NCBI GenBank assembly: GCA_036405175.1
Contig: DASWYC010000002.1
Location: forward strand, 603,373-667,372
Reading direction: 5' to 3'
Origin: Minisyncoccota bacterium
Lineage (GTDB): Bacteria; Patescibacteriota; Minisyncoccia; Phycocordibacterales; UBA1006
DNA: 64,000 nt
The notes beneath the pieces were generated by a model. The model was not told the DNA's origin. It was given only the letters and a program-made list of their open reading frames with translations, and did not search any database. Position numbers and translations under genes: made by a program. Numbering within the stretch: position 1 is the stretch's first letter; each line of letters starts with the position of its first letter. Shown piece after piece: positions 37,724-47,837 of this stretch.

Positions 37724-38899
37724 CTATTTTATATTTTTGTCTGCTTCAATATCGTTAATCGTATACATTCTATTGATTGAAAAATGTTTTACGAGCTTGT
37801 CGGCAATATATCCAATAACTCCCAGAATAAGAACATATACTACGCTTTTCCAGCTGAATTCCGGTGGCTGGGAAGTAAAAAGACCAATAATTGTTGCTCC
37901 AACACCCATAGATGTTACAATCGTAAGGTTTCCAACCGATGTTTCCGTACTTTTTGCTTGAATATCAGAGAAAAGCGTAAGGGCTGAAGCCACATAATTT
38001 TTAGTCATTGTCCAAACATGCTTTACATAATCAAGCGTGTCAGAAAGTGTTTCATATTTAAATTGGAGCACATCAACTAATTTTTCGAGCTCTTTATCTT
38101 TCTTCACAATATCTTCGCGAGTAATAATATAGGTGCCCATTTGATTAATACGTGCTTCAATGAGATTGATAGTTTTACTATAGCCTTCAATTTTATCTTT
38201 AAGTTCTCCAATCTGATTTCCTTTAATGACACCTTTTTCTTTTACGTCTGCAATCTTTTCCCAAATAATGCGGTGAAGATTGAGGTAGTGATGAAGCTGG
38301 TTTTTGAATTCACGAATAAAAACTTGCTCTTCAATAAATCGTTGAAGAACAGAATTTGATTCTCCTTGATTGTTGATAATATAAATTTGTTTTCCACGAT
38401 AGATTTCAAATTTAGAACGCTTTACCTCGATGTGGCGCTCTTCTTTGAATGAAGACAACATTGAAGCTATTGTTTTGGAAGTTGCATTTTGAAGGAGGAT
38501 AAAATAAGGATAAATGATTTGAATATTGGCGAGTTCTTTTGGCACAGGAGCGCCAAGGCTAAAAATGTAACCAAGAGCAGGGGAGAGCTTTTTCTCGTAA
38601 TAATAGGTAACTTCTTTAATAAGATCTGCAATATCACCCTTTGCTTTGATATTAATAATGATTAATCCATCTTCAAAAATATTTGTTTCAATGCTACCTT
38701 CACTTAAAAATACAACCTTATCCAAATCTCCGGATACCCATTCTATGGTTTTGATGTCGAGTGACTTTTGAAACTTTTTTAGCTTACTTGATTCAAGAGG
38801 AAGAGAGGAACTTCCATCTTTGCAAAGATCGTAAATTTCAGAGAGGTGTAATGTTGTGCGTTGAAACCATCCACCAATTGATACTTGCTCAATTTTCAT
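37724..38899 (-). CDS. Hypothetical protein with CorA-like topology (large soluble domain plus 2 C-terminal TM)
   Basis: 391 aa; two TM near the C-terminus; no GMN motif; TATAAT-6-ATG start. Confidence 0.7.
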   Translation of the reverse strand: MKIEQVSIGGWFQRTTLHLSEIYDLCKDGSSSLPLESSKLKKFQKSLDIKTIEWVSGDLDKVVFLSEGSIETNIFEDGLIIINIKAKGDIADLIKEVTYYYEKKLSPALGYIFSLGAPVPKELANIQIIYPYFILLQNATSKTIASMLSSFKEERHIEVKRSKFEIYRGKQIYIINNQGESNSVLQRFIEEQVFIREFKNQLHHYLNLHRIIWEKIADVKEKGVIKGNQIGELKDKIEGYSKTINLIEARINQMGTYIITREDIVKKDKELEKLVDVLQFKYETLSDTLDYVKHVWTMTKNYVASALTLFSDIQAKSTETSVGNLTIVTSMGVGATIIGLFTSQPPEFSWKSVVYVLILGVIGYIADKLVKHFSINRMYTINDIEADKNIK

Positions 38900-38968
38900 A
38901 TTTTTATTATAGCAAGACGTTACGAGCCAAAATTAAAAAACTATGAATACAATTTTATTTTCACTCGG

Positions 38969-39040
38969 TGCTTCCACTAGGAATCGAACCTAGATCAAGG
39001 GCTTAGAAGTCCCCTGTTCTATCCATTGAACTATAGAAGC
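38969..39040 (-). tRNA. tRNA-Arg(TCT)
   Basis: Reverse complement GCTTCTATAGTTCAATGGATAGAAC..CTTCTAA..GGTTCGATTCC. Confidence 0.93.
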
Positions 39041-39125
39041 GATAGTGCAATAATACAACAGATTTGGGATTTTTCAATGAAATAATACAAAAAAATCTCA
39101 TGCGTGAACATGAGATTTTTTTGCT

Positions 39126-39201
39126 TGGTGGGCGATAGAGGACTCGAACCACTGACCTTCCCGGTGTAAACGGGTTGCTCTACCAACTGAGCTAATCGCC
39201 C
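39126..39201 (-). tRNA. tRNA-Val(TAC)
   Basis: GGGCGATTAGCTCAG..CCCG-TTTACAC-CGGG..TCGCCCACCA (CCA encoded). Confidence 0.95.
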
Positions 39202-39349
39202 TAAAAATAAGAAGGCGGTTACTGATGCTGTTATCAATTGAGCTTTAGGGCGCAATTGATATTATCGCTCGACCAATTTCCTTCTTTCCATCCATAATAA
39301 CCCAAGCCAACTTCTTTGACAAGAGGTGAAACACCGCTATACTGACTCC

Positions 39350-40123
39350 ATGAATCCTGAGATCCTCTTTGATCATGAACATTTTGTAGTACTCAATAAG
39401 CCAGCAGGAATGCTCGTGCATAGTGATGGACGTAGTACGGAAAAAACCGTGGTAGATTTTTTCTTGCAACAATTTCCTGCATCTAAAGGCGTTGGCGAAG
39501 AGGGAACCGTAGAAGTTTCTGGAGAAACGATTGTTATTGAGCGCAGTGGCGTGGTGCATCGTTTGGACCTTGAAACATCAGGAGTTTTGGTGATGGCAAA
39601 AACTGCACAGGGGTATGAAGTTCTTAAGGACCACTTCCAAAATCACACTATTTCTAAACACTATAAAGCCTTTGTGTACGGTCATCCGAGCAAAGATCGT
39701 GGTTTGATTGATCGCCCTATCGGACGTAGCGCAAGTAACTTTAAAAACTGGTCAGCAACTCGTGGTGCACGTGGACAATTGCGTGAGGCACAAACCAGAT
39801 ATAACGTTCTTAAAAAAGGGTTTGCAAGAAGTTCTTGGGGAACCGAGAAGGTCGCATACCTTACATTACAGCTTCTAACCGGACGAACCCATCAGATCCG
39901 TGTACATATGAAAGCATTAAATCATCCAGTTGTGGGGGATGACCAGTACGCTGGAGCCTTGGCGCACCAAGAAGAAGGGGTTTTTGCGCTGGAATTTAAG
40001 CGTGTTGCACTCCATGCTCATACACTTTCTTTTGAATTTGAAGGGAAAACCTACGATTTTGAAGCACCACTTCCTGCTGATTTTGAACACGCACTTGCCA
40101 ACCTCAAAGCAGAGGCAGAATAG
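39350..40123 (+). CDS. RluA family pseudouridine synthase
   Basis: [43 protein letters not shown]. Confidence 0.95.
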   Translation: MNPEILFDHEHFVVLNKPAGMLVHSDGRSTEKTVVDFFLQQFPASKGVGEEGTVEVSGETIVIERSGVVHRLDLETSGVLVMAKTAQGYEVLKDHFQNHTISKHYKAFVYGHPSKDRGLIDRPIGRSASNFKNWSATRGARGQLREAQTRYNVLKKGFARSSWGTEKVAYLTLQLLTGRTHQIRVHMKALNHPVVGDDQYAGALAHQEEGVFALEFKRVALHAHTLSFEFEGKTYDFEAPLPADFEHALANLKAEAE

Positions 40124-40175
40124 TCTTCATCTTCTTGCAAAACAAAGGAGTCTGTGGTATAGTCAGGGAACTTTT

Positions 40176-40748
40176 ATGAAGGCAAATACACTCGAAAATC
40201 AACTCGCACACATTGCGCCGGCGTTGCGCGCTCGTCAAAATCTTGATTTGCGATCAGGAGACACTGTTCGTGTGCATGTAAAAATTAAGGAAGGAAAGGA
40301 TAAAGCAGGAAAAGATAAATTCCGCATTCAGATCTTTGAAGGTCTTGTGCTTGCCCGCAAGCATGGACGTGAAGCTGGAGCAACCTTTACGGTTCGCAAA
40401 GTTTCTAACGGATTTGGTGTTGAGCGTGTATTTCCTCTCTATTCTCCTAACCTTGAACTTATTGAAGTAGTACGCCGTTCAAACGCAGGGCGCTCAAAGC
40501 TTTACTACATCCGTACTCGTGTATCACGTGATATTCGTCGCAAGATCCGCAGTTTGGCACAGTTCTTTTCATCATCAAAAGATTTGCAGATTGAAGAAGA
40601 GCCGGTAGTTGCTATGGCTGATGAAACCCCAGTTGCATCAACTGAAAAAGATGTAATTCCAGAAGTAGTAGAAACTCCAGCAGCGGAAGTAACCGAAGTT
40701 GCTGAAGCTTCTACAGAAGAAGCTCCTCAAACTGAAGAAAAAGCTTAA
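40176..40748 (+). CDS. rplS: 50S ribosomal protein L19 with acidic C-terminal extension
   Basis: [46 protein letters not shown]; true start ATG 40176. Confidence 0.97.
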   Translation: MKANTLENQLAHIAPALRARQNLDLRSGDTVRVHVKIKEGKDKAGKDKFRIQIFEGLVLARKHGREAGATFTVRKVSNGFGVERVFPLYSPNLELIEVVRRSNAGRSKLYYIRTRVSRDIRRKIRSLAQFFSSSKDLQIEEEPVVAMADETPVASTEKDVIPEVVETPAAEVTEVAEASTEEAPQTEEKA

Positions 40749-40874
40749 TATATTCTTTAAGAAAAGATCGAATCAAGTTCGATCTTTTCTTTTGCATTTT
40801 TTAAGAATTTTTGTATACTAGCTGGACGAGGAGTTCCGCAAGGTAGCCTCGTGATCGCATGTTTACATGCGGTT

Positions 40875-40958
40875 GCCCAGGTGGCGAAACTGGTAGACGC
40901 ACTACCTTGAGGTGGTAGCGCTCGCAAGGGCATGGAGGTTCAAGTCCTCTCTTGGGCA
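40875..40958 (+). tRNA. tRNA-Leu(GAG)
   Basis: GCCCAGG/CTTGGGC acceptor, CTACC-TTGAGGT-GGTAG, variable arm. Confidence 0.95.
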
Positions 40959-41062
40959 CAAATAAAAACCGCGAAAGCGGTTTTTATTATTGATAAATAA
41001 GATAAAGGTGATAGTATTAGGTAAAATATTTATCATCATCAAAAACAAAAATAGATTTAATT

Positions 41063-41791
41063 ATGAAATACAAGTTAATAGGAGGTGGCATGGTTCATTC
41101 ATGTCATATAGCAAGACCCTCATCGGATTTCAATGAAAAAGTTAAATATCTTGAAATTAATCAGCAGGGAGTAATTGGGAGTAAGTATATAGGCGATGAA
41201 AGATCCATAGGAATCAGAGAGATGGCATCATTAGGTGCTATGGGTTTATCGAAAAATATGCGTATTAAAAATATGCGGAAGGTAACAGCTATGTTTATGT
41301 CCGATTGGGTAGATATAGCCAAACAGGCGGGAATAGTCAGTAATGGAAATAGAGTTTCTTTTTGTTTGGAAAAAGAAAAAGAAAATCCAGGTTTTGAGAC
41401 CTGTATTCCGATTGACTTTATGGCAGGAGCCTCAGGTGAAAACCTTGTTCTGATGCTGCACGAGAATTACACCTATATGGTTACCAGGGAAAGCTTACTA
41501 ACATCTTTTTCTAATGTTCCGATAGGTACTATTGTTGTTTTTAAAAAAGAGGGAGAAAAAGTTCCAACAGCGAGTTTGGTTGTTACCGCACCCAATACTC
41601 CGTGTCATATACCAAATACTGAAATATATGAAAGGTTTAAGAGAAATACTACTTTAGAAGTTGATAAAAGTAACTTTGATTTCAATAGGTTAGCCCAGGG
41701 TAAAAGGGGTTTGCTTTTTGAGCCTTTTACTTCTGGAACTATTAAGCCTGGACAATCGTTTGAGATATGGATACCAGATACACTGCCTTAA
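41063..41791 (+). CDS. MOSC domain-like protein (orphan unit)
   Basis: GENL, IGTIV.F, LVVTAPNTPC, KRGL..GTIKPGQ match the MOSC/YiiM pattern. Confidence 0.65.
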   Translation: MKYKLIGGGMVHSCHIARPSSDFNEKVKYLEINQQGVIGSKYIGDERSIGIREMASLGAMGLSKNMRIKNMRKVTAMFMSDWVDIAKQAGIVSNGNRVSFCLEKEKENPGFETCIPIDFMAGASGENLVLMLHENYTYMVTRESLLTSFSNVPIGTIVVFKKEGEKVPTASLVVTAPNTPCHIPNTEIYERFKRNTTLEVDKSNFDFNRLAQGKRGLLFEPFTSGTIKPGQSFEIWIPDTLP

Positions 41792-41815
41792 AAAATAAGG
41801 TGGTGTATTTTTGTT

Positions 41816-42376
41816 TCAAATAATTATAATTTTCGCTCCATGGATATAATGAATCTCTGTATTCACGTGGTGAGTAACTAATGAATCTGAAGTAGGGTAA
41901 GTGTGTCCGTGAAAAAAGTGGCGAGGTCGTTTTTCTTCAAGGTACGTTCGCAGGGCATGGAATCCAATATGTGCAGGATCTTGTTGATCATTAATACCAA
42001 AAGGGGGACAGTGGGCAATAAAAACATCAACTTTTGGAAAGTCTTTCAATAATTGAGACGCTTCCTCTTGTGTATACATAGCTGCATGATTTGAATCTTT
42101 GTATTTCACACATCCTTCAAAGCCTCCGAACGTTAAGCCTTTATAGCTCCAGGTGTGCATATGGAGATTTATAATGCCAAGGGGTTCAAAGTAGGTGCGA
42201 GAGCAGTGATTTCCGTACACACCGATTTTGGGAATACTCGTGACTTCTTCTAAAAAAGAAATATCCGGCTGCTCAAGATCTCCAAGAGTTATCACAAGAT
42301 CAATATCTTGATGAGATGAGAATATTGTTTGCAAAGGCTGTTGAGGGGCAGTATCTGCAAGGGCGAGGACTTTCAT
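41816..42376 (-). CDS. Metallophosphoesterase
   Basis: LADT, LGDL, YGNH, AHCPP, HGHT motifs. Confidence 0.9.
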   Translation of the reverse strand: MKVLALADTAPQQPLQTIFSSHQDIDLVITLGDLEQPDISFLEEVTSIPKIGVYGNHCSRTYFEPLGIINLHMHTWSYKGLTFGGFEGCVKYKDSNHAAMYTQEEASQLLKDFPKVDVFIAHCPPFGINDQQDPAHIGFHALRTYLEEKRPRHFFHGHTYPTSDSLVTHHVNTEIHYIHGAKIIII

Positions 42377-42439
42377 GTTAAAAGTTTAGCATGGTATGCG
42401 AATTTCTAAGAAGAAATATTCTCGTGTATACTATCTGCA

Positions 42440-43651
42440 ATGGAAGGTGGAATAGATCATAATAAAAACCTTGAAGCAAAGATAGAAAAAGGGCTTAGTG
42501 ATTACGAGAAACAAATAAGTACTTACGGCAAGACAAAGGAGCAAGCCTATGAGTGGGTTACAAGTGGGTGGTTTCAAGATTGGAAAGATGCTTTTGACAA
42601 AGCGCTTAGTGAGAAAGAAAGTGTTGCACAAGAAGAAATCATAGAAGAGCAGGAACCAGAAAAAGCTCGAGAGTCAATCGTAGAAATACCTGCTGAGTTA
42701 ACCGATGAGCAAGTATTGGAAGGCATTAGAATAAATGAACAAAGAGAACAAGAAAGACTTAGGCGTAATAATAAGACAGAAGATGGAATTTCTCCCAACA
42801 TCGAAGTTCCTAAAAAAGAGGTGGTGGGAGCTTATGAAAAAGCTGCACGGGAGCGTGATGAAAAAGCAAAAGCAGAGGAGGCGCAACGAGAGCAGAAGCG
42901 TGCTGAAGATAAGCGAATTCAGGATTTAAGAAATCAATTAACTGGCTCTCAGCAAGAAGAAGAGATTCTTGATGAAGATCAGAAAACAATAAGAAATATT
43001 AAAGGTATTATGGCTCAGCTTGTAAAAGCGGCAGCAAATATTGGAGAGAATGCTAATGAGAAAACTCAAGAGTTAGCTGCAAGGATTCTTGAAAATCCAT
43101 TAGGTAAAGAAAAGATCTTAGAGGGGTATGGTTCAACATTTCGTGGATCTGTAGAAAAATTGCTTGCTGCGGTTGAACAACAAGAGAATGCTCTTAAGGT
43201 TATTCAAGGGTTTGAGCAAATTGATCAACTCTTTAAGATGCTTAATGAAGACTATTATTTTCTTACCCATATCACGCCACCTCAAGATGCGCAGGATATC
43301 TATAACAGTAACTTCTCATATTCTCTTGGAGGAGGATTATCAGGTACTATGACAGCCCTCAGTAAAGATGGGGTGATGCAGCAAATTGGCAAAATCATAG
43401 CAGGCGAGTCGCCTCATCGTGGATACGAAGGGATGTTTATAGTTGCAATTCCTAAGAATATTCTTCCTTCTGATCGGAGATTTGATGCAGAGGCATTCTC
43501 GGACTATCTTACCGATCACGCATTTAATGAAAATGGTACTGTGAACGAGAAGTATATGGACGGCTCAAATATTAAAATCCCATCAGAATTTAATCTTGGA
43601 TATCTTAATAAGGATATATTTACCTACAATCCAACATTTATTAAAAAATAG
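42440..43651 (+). CDS. Hypothetical protein: coiled-coil N-terminus, possible ADP-ribosyltransferase-like C-terminus
   Basis: Glu/Lys/Gln-rich N-terminal half; FLTHITPPQDAQDIYNSNF motif. Confidence 0.7.
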   Translation: MEGGIDHNKNLEAKIEKGLSDYEKQISTYGKTKEQAYEWVTSGWFQDWKDAFDKALSEKESVAQEEIIEEQEPEKARESIVEIPAELTDEQVLEGIRINEQREQERLRRNNKTEDGISPNIEVPKKEVVGAYEKAARERDEKAKAEEAQREQKRAEDKRIQDLRNQLTGSQQEEEILDEDQKTIRNIKGIMAQLVKAAANIGENANEKTQELAARILENPLGKEKILEGYGSTFRGSVEKLLAAVEQQENALKVIQGFEQIDQLFKMLNEDYYFLTHITPPQDAQDIYNSNFSYSLGGGLSGTMTALSKDGVMQQIGKIIAGESPHRGYEGMFIVAIPKNILPSDRRFDAEAFSDYLTDHAFNENGTVNEKYMDGSNIKIPSEFNLGYLNKDIFTYNPTFIKK

Positions 43652-43717
43652 GGTTGGTGATTTAAAAATCGCGCTAGTTTGATATACTCAATCCATACTG
43701 TTAATTCAGAGTAATAT

Positions 43718-44107
43718 ATGAAAGGATTTTTTGGAAACATCGAAGAACTTACCAAAGAGAATGAGAATTTTAGAAAGGTGCTCTATACAGCGCAGGGAAT
43801 GCAATTGGTACTAATGTCACTCAAGCCAGGTGAAGAAATCGGAGGAGAGACTCACGACATTGATCAATTCATTCGTATTGAACGAGGAGAGGGTGTTGTA
43901 ATCATGGGTGAGGATCAGAGATCAATTGAAAATGAATTTGCTGTTATTATCCCACGCGGCATGTTTCATAACGTGATCAACAAAGGTGACACAGCTATGA
44001 AGCTCTATTCAATCTACGCAACACCGGAACATAAAGATGGAACCATCCATGCAACAAAAGCTGATGCAGAAGTTGAAGAGCACTTTGATGGAAAGACCAC
44101 TGAATAA
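43718..44107 (+). CDS. Cupin domain protein
   Basis: FRKVLYTA..MQLVLMSLKPGEEIG.ETH..DQF, HNVIN, KLYSIYA.PEH. Confidence 0.93.
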   Translation: MKGFFGNIEELTKENENFRKVLYTAQGMQLVLMSLKPGEEIGGETHDIDQFIRIERGEGVVIMGEDQRSIENEFAVIIPRGMFHNVINKGDTAMKLYSIYATPEHKDGTIHATKADAEVEEHFDGKTTE

Positions 44108-44229
44108 TCTTAAAAAGAAACCCTAGGGTTTCTTTTTAATTTAGATGAAATTTATACACATTTTGTTAACAAGAACTTATGGACAAATTTGCATTTTTTC
44201 AAGATTATTAGTGTATAATAAACAGTAAT

Positions 44230-46818
44230 ATGGTGAGCCAAGATGTTATTGATTTCATAAAAGGACAGCGCGAAGAGGGAACTTCTGATGAAGAAATTTT
44301 CAGAGCGCTTAATGTGATTGGTGGATGGGATAAAGAGGATTTTGACGATGCGGTGCGAGAGATTGAAGCACTTGAACGTGGTGCTGCAACACCTGCGCCA
44401 ACGCCAATGCCAAGCGTAACTGAAACCACAACCGTGCAAACTACGCAAACTATGCCAGTGGCTGCAGCTCCATTTGAGATGCCTGCTGCACCTATGGGGG
44501 TGGTTACTCCCGCGGCGCCCGTACTCACCACAATGACTCATGAGGTAACAACCACTCAAACAACTCCAGCAGCTCCAATTGCATCTACCTGGACTCCTCC
44601 TGCTATGCCAGAAGTTGCTATACCAACTCCGGTTGCTGCTCCCATTGCACCAGTGAGTGAATCACCATTTACTGCAAATGCCGCTGCACCAATTTCAGTA
44701 CCAGCTGTTGATGCTAAGCCAGCAACGCCGTTTGCTGCAAATCTTGATACCAGTCATCCAACATTTGGCATCTCATTAGCTAATATGGCTCAGAAGAGTA
44801 AGGGGGTAACCATGGCACCAGGAAGTGCTGCGCCGGCGGCACCGGCACCAGTCGGTGATCAAACGTTTGCATCAATGTATGGAGCCGCTCCTATGGCTAC
44901 ACCAGCTGGAATGAGTGCGCCACTTGGTGCTCCTCAATCAGCTCCAGAGATATCTTCACCAAGCCCATTTGCTGCACCAGGATCTCCTGCTGCAACCCCC
45001 GCATTTTCATATGTTCCTAAAACAGAAATGGGAGCACCTATGGCTCAAGCTCCTGCACCAGCAGTGTCAGCCTGGCCAACTCAACCAATTGCTCCACAGG
45101 CTCCAGCTGCAGCAACTCCATCAGCTGGTGGCTATGTAAATCCTAACTACGGTGCTGATCTTGCAAGTATGGCTACTCCAGGATTTGGACGTCACCCATC
45201 AGAAAACAGTGGACCAGCGGCAGCAGCAATACCGGGAACTCAGCCACCAACAACTCCTACAGGGCCAAACTACAAAAAGATCATTACGTTTATTTTCCTA
45301 TTAATTGCAATTGGGGTTGCTGGATATTTCTTTGTTAAATCTCAAGAGGGAATGGCAAGCACATTGATGAGCAAGATTTCATTTCTTAATAACAAAGATC
45401 GTGATTTCTTAAAGAGTGTTTCAAATAGCAAGCTTTTTTCTAAATATCCTGCAATGATTGTGAAGACAAACTTTACCGGAGTACTTACCTTGAAGAGCCC
45501 AACCAAAGAGTCATTTGCAGCACTTATGGGAGTTTCTCCTCAGATGATTGATGATCAGCAAAAGATTTCATACACCGCAACGCGCGATCTTGTGCGATTT
45601 GGATCAACCCACCATGAGCATGCAGAAGGGGAGCTCACTATTGGTTCAGTAGTTATTCCATTTGAAATGGTAAAGATTGATCCCGTACTCTATATTCGTC
45701 GTACCGATGAGCCACTTCCAGGGCAAACCCATGGTATTGGAGCATTTCCATCAAATGTATGGTTTATGATTGATCCTCGTCACTTTGATGATCTTCAATT
45801 TGATTCAGTGAAAATTGCATCATTTACTGGCGATGCCTTGCCGGCACTCTTTAAGAAAATGCTCAAGACGCTTGATAAGCAAGGAGATAATGTGAACATT
45901 GCTAAGAGTGATGCAAATCCAAATCGTGTACAGTTTGTATACGATGGCGCATTGGCAACAACCGTTGATAAATTTACGCTCGGTGATTGGATTCAGGAAA
46001 ACTTTGGATCAGCGGTGTCGCCAAGTCTTACCAAAGGACTTACTGATTTGATGATTAATGAAAAAGTTTCAAATATTGAAATGGGTGTAGATGAGTCAAC
46101 CAACGATCCTCTTACGCTTAGCTACAAAACTTCATGGTCAGGAAGTCAGACATTGGGAATGACCATTGATCTTACGGGAACCGTTTCTCATACGATCTCA
46201 TCACGTCTCCAAAGCACTAACTCTATGATCGATCAGCCAGGAGCGCCAACAAACAATGGTGATGAGCGTATCTATCAGTTGTTGCGTGGTGAGGCAATCG
46301 TAAATCCAGTAATTCCTACTGGTCCTCAAAAACCAGGAGATGCACCAGCTGCTCCAATGGGTGATACCGTGATTGATGTAATTGGTGCACTTACACGTAA
46401 TCGTCAGTCTGATTTGGATAATCAAATCCAGAGCAATCTTTCAAAAGTAACAAGCTTGGCAAATGCGTATAAAAAAGAAAAGAAGACCTATGCGGGAATG
46501 TGTCAGGAAAATCAGGCACTTAAGCTCATCATTAATGACACCAAAAATATGAGCGACTCGCTTACCTGTGATGATGGAGAAACGGGGTATCGTGTAACGG
46601 TTGCGTCGGTAAAAAACACTGATCAACTCTACTGTATTTCTGATAAAACCAAGAAGGTGATTGGGATTACATCACCAGAAGAACCGTACACATTTAATTG
46701 TAAAAGTGTAGAGGTTGCAGCTGATACAGCCGCTGAAATAAAACAGGTAACTACAGAAAAGAAAGTATCGCCAACAGAAACAAAGACTATTCCAGAAACT
46801 ACCGTAAAAGCCTCATAA
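44230..46818 (+). CDS. Membrane protein: Pro/Ala-rich N-terminus, TM, extracellular domain, pilin-like C-terminus
   Basis: About 300 aa P/A/T-rich tract, TM IITFIFLLIAIGVAGYFFV, C-terminal DNQIQSNL..Y..TYAGMC..C..YCI. Confidence 0.75.
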   Translation: MVSQDVIDFIKGQREEGTSDEEIFRALNVIGGWDKEDFDDAVREIEALERGAATPAPTPMPSVTETTTVQTTQTMPVAAAPFEMPAAPMGVVTPAAPVLTTMTHEVTTTQTTPAAPIASTWTPPAMPEVAIPTPVAAPIAPVSESPFTANAAAPISVPAVDAKPATPFAANLDTSHPTFGISLANMAQKSKGVTMAPGSAAPAAPAPVGDQTFASMYGAAPMATPAGMSAPLGAPQSAPEISSPSPFAAPGSPAATPAFSYVPKTEMGAPMAQAPAPAVSAWPTQPIAPQAPAAATPSAGGYVNPNYGADLASMATPGFGRHPSENSGPAAAAIPGTQPPTTPTGPNYKKIITFIFLLIAIGVAGYFFVKSQEGMASTLMSKISFLNNKDRDFLKSVSNSKLFSKYPAMIVKTNFTGVLTLKSPTKESFAALMGVSPQMIDDQQKISYTATRDLVRFGSTHHEHAEGELTIGSVVIPFEMVKIDPVLYIRRTDEPLPGQTHGIGAFPSNVWFMIDPRHFDDLQFDSVKIASFTGDALPALFKKMLKTLDKQGDNVNIAKSDANPNRVQFVYDGALATTVDKFTLGDWIQENFGSAVSPSLTKGLTDLMINEKVSNIEMGVDESTNDPLTLSYKTSWSGSQTLGMTIDLTGTVSHTISSRLQSTNSMIDQPGAPTNNGDERIYQLLRGEAIVNPVIPTGPQKPGDAPAAPMGDTVIDVIGALTRNRQSDLDNQIQSNLSKVTSLANAYKKEKKTYAGMCQENQALKLIINDTKNMSDSLTCDDGETGYRVTVASVKNTDQLYCISDKTKKVIGITSPEEPYTFNCKSVEVAADTAAEIKQVTTEKKVSPTETKTIPETTVKAS

Positions 46819-46881
46819 ACGAGGCTTTTTGCATGCAAATGGGATTGAAAAATCGACAGAATATAGTATAGTACATGGGCT

Positions 46882-46954
46882 GGTGTCTATGGTGTAACGG
46901 TTAGCACAGGGGTTTGTGGTGCCCCTAGCGAGGGTTCGATTCCCTCTAGACACC
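46882..46954 (+). tRNA. tRNA-His(GTG)
   Basis: G-1:C73 pair, GTGTCTA/TAGACAC acceptor, anticodon loop TTGTGGT. Confidence 0.95.
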
Positions 46955-47030
46955 CATAAGAAAATCCCTCTGAAAAGAGGGATTTTCTGTTGCGTTTGAA
47001 GGTGGGCATTCAAGGATTATAATTATTTGT

Positions 47031-47381
47031 ATGGCAAAAGTATATGTTGCGAGCAATGAGGTTGATCGAGCAAAAAGTGTAATGGAGAGTCTTATTCGAG
47101 CAGGACATGAAATAATATTTGACTGGACGATTGGAATAGAGGGTGAGCAGGATAAACAGAGCAAAGCTTTGGCGGAACGAGAAGCTGTTAGAAAATGTGA
47201 TATTTTGGTCTACCTTTGGAAAGCTGATCAAGAAAGTGCTCGATTTGAAGCTGGAATGGCAATGGGGCTAAGAAAGAAAATTATTGTGGTTACGGATCAT
47301 CAGGCTTGGTTTTTTACATTACCTGAAGTGATACAAGTTAATTCTGATGATGAAATCGTTTCAGTAATTAATCTGATATAG
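47031..47381 (+). CDS. Nucleoside 2-deoxyribosyltransferase-like protein
   Basis: KVYVAS, FDWT, AVRKCDILVYL, SARFEAGMAMG. Confidence 0.75.
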   Translation: MAKVYVASNEVDRAKSVMESLIRAGHEIIFDWTIGIEGEQDKQSKALAEREAVRKCDILVYLWKADQESARFEAGMAMGLRKKIIVVTDHQAWFFTLPEVIQVNSDDEIVSVINLI

Positions 47382-47388
47382 TTATCAT

Positions 47389-47811
47389 ATGGAGCAAGAC
47401 TTTTCACGTAAAATGTCCATCGCTGTTCGGGAAGATATGGTCTCGTGGCAACTCACTAATACTATTGGGCACATTGCTGCCGTGCTGGGTAATAAGCTAA
47501 AAGATAATTTTGATACTGGAGAGTATTTTTCTTCAAAAGAAGGAATTCAGCTTCGTCGCAATTCTCAGTATGCCATTGTTGCTCTTAAAGCAAGCTCAAG
47601 CGAACTTAAAAATCTTATTCAAAAACTGCAAGAAGGTAATTTTTTATGGGTCGCTTATACGCAAGACATGATGGATCTTATTGATGATAGTGAGCTCGTC
47701 GGTGTAATAGGGGATAAAACCCTCGATGAATTGGATATTCTTGGGGTTGGTATATTTGCAAGCAAAGATGATTTAAAAACACTCACAGGAAAGTTAAGTT
47801 TGTGGAAGTAG
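47389..47811 (+). CDS. DUF2000 / PTH2-fold protein
   Basis: KMSIAVREDMVSWQLTNTIGH...LTGKLSLWK. Confidence 0.75.
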   Translation: MEQDFSRKMSIAVREDMVSWQLTNTIGHIAAVLGNKLKDNFDTGEYFSSKEGIQLRRNSQYAIVALKASSSELKNLIQKLQEGNFLWVAYTQDMMDLIDDSELVGVIGDKTLDELDILGVGIFASKDDLKTLTGKLSLWK

Positions 47812-47837
47812 GAAAGTCATAGGAGTATACTTCAGAT

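Noticed and set aside
39930-40175. N-terminal extension of L19, and other extended starts in the ORF track (18682, 25394, 30542, 50162, 57286, 59724, 61278)
   Set aside because: These are upstream in-frame alternative codons overlapping other genes or promoters. Homology and -10 spacing point to the later ATGs.
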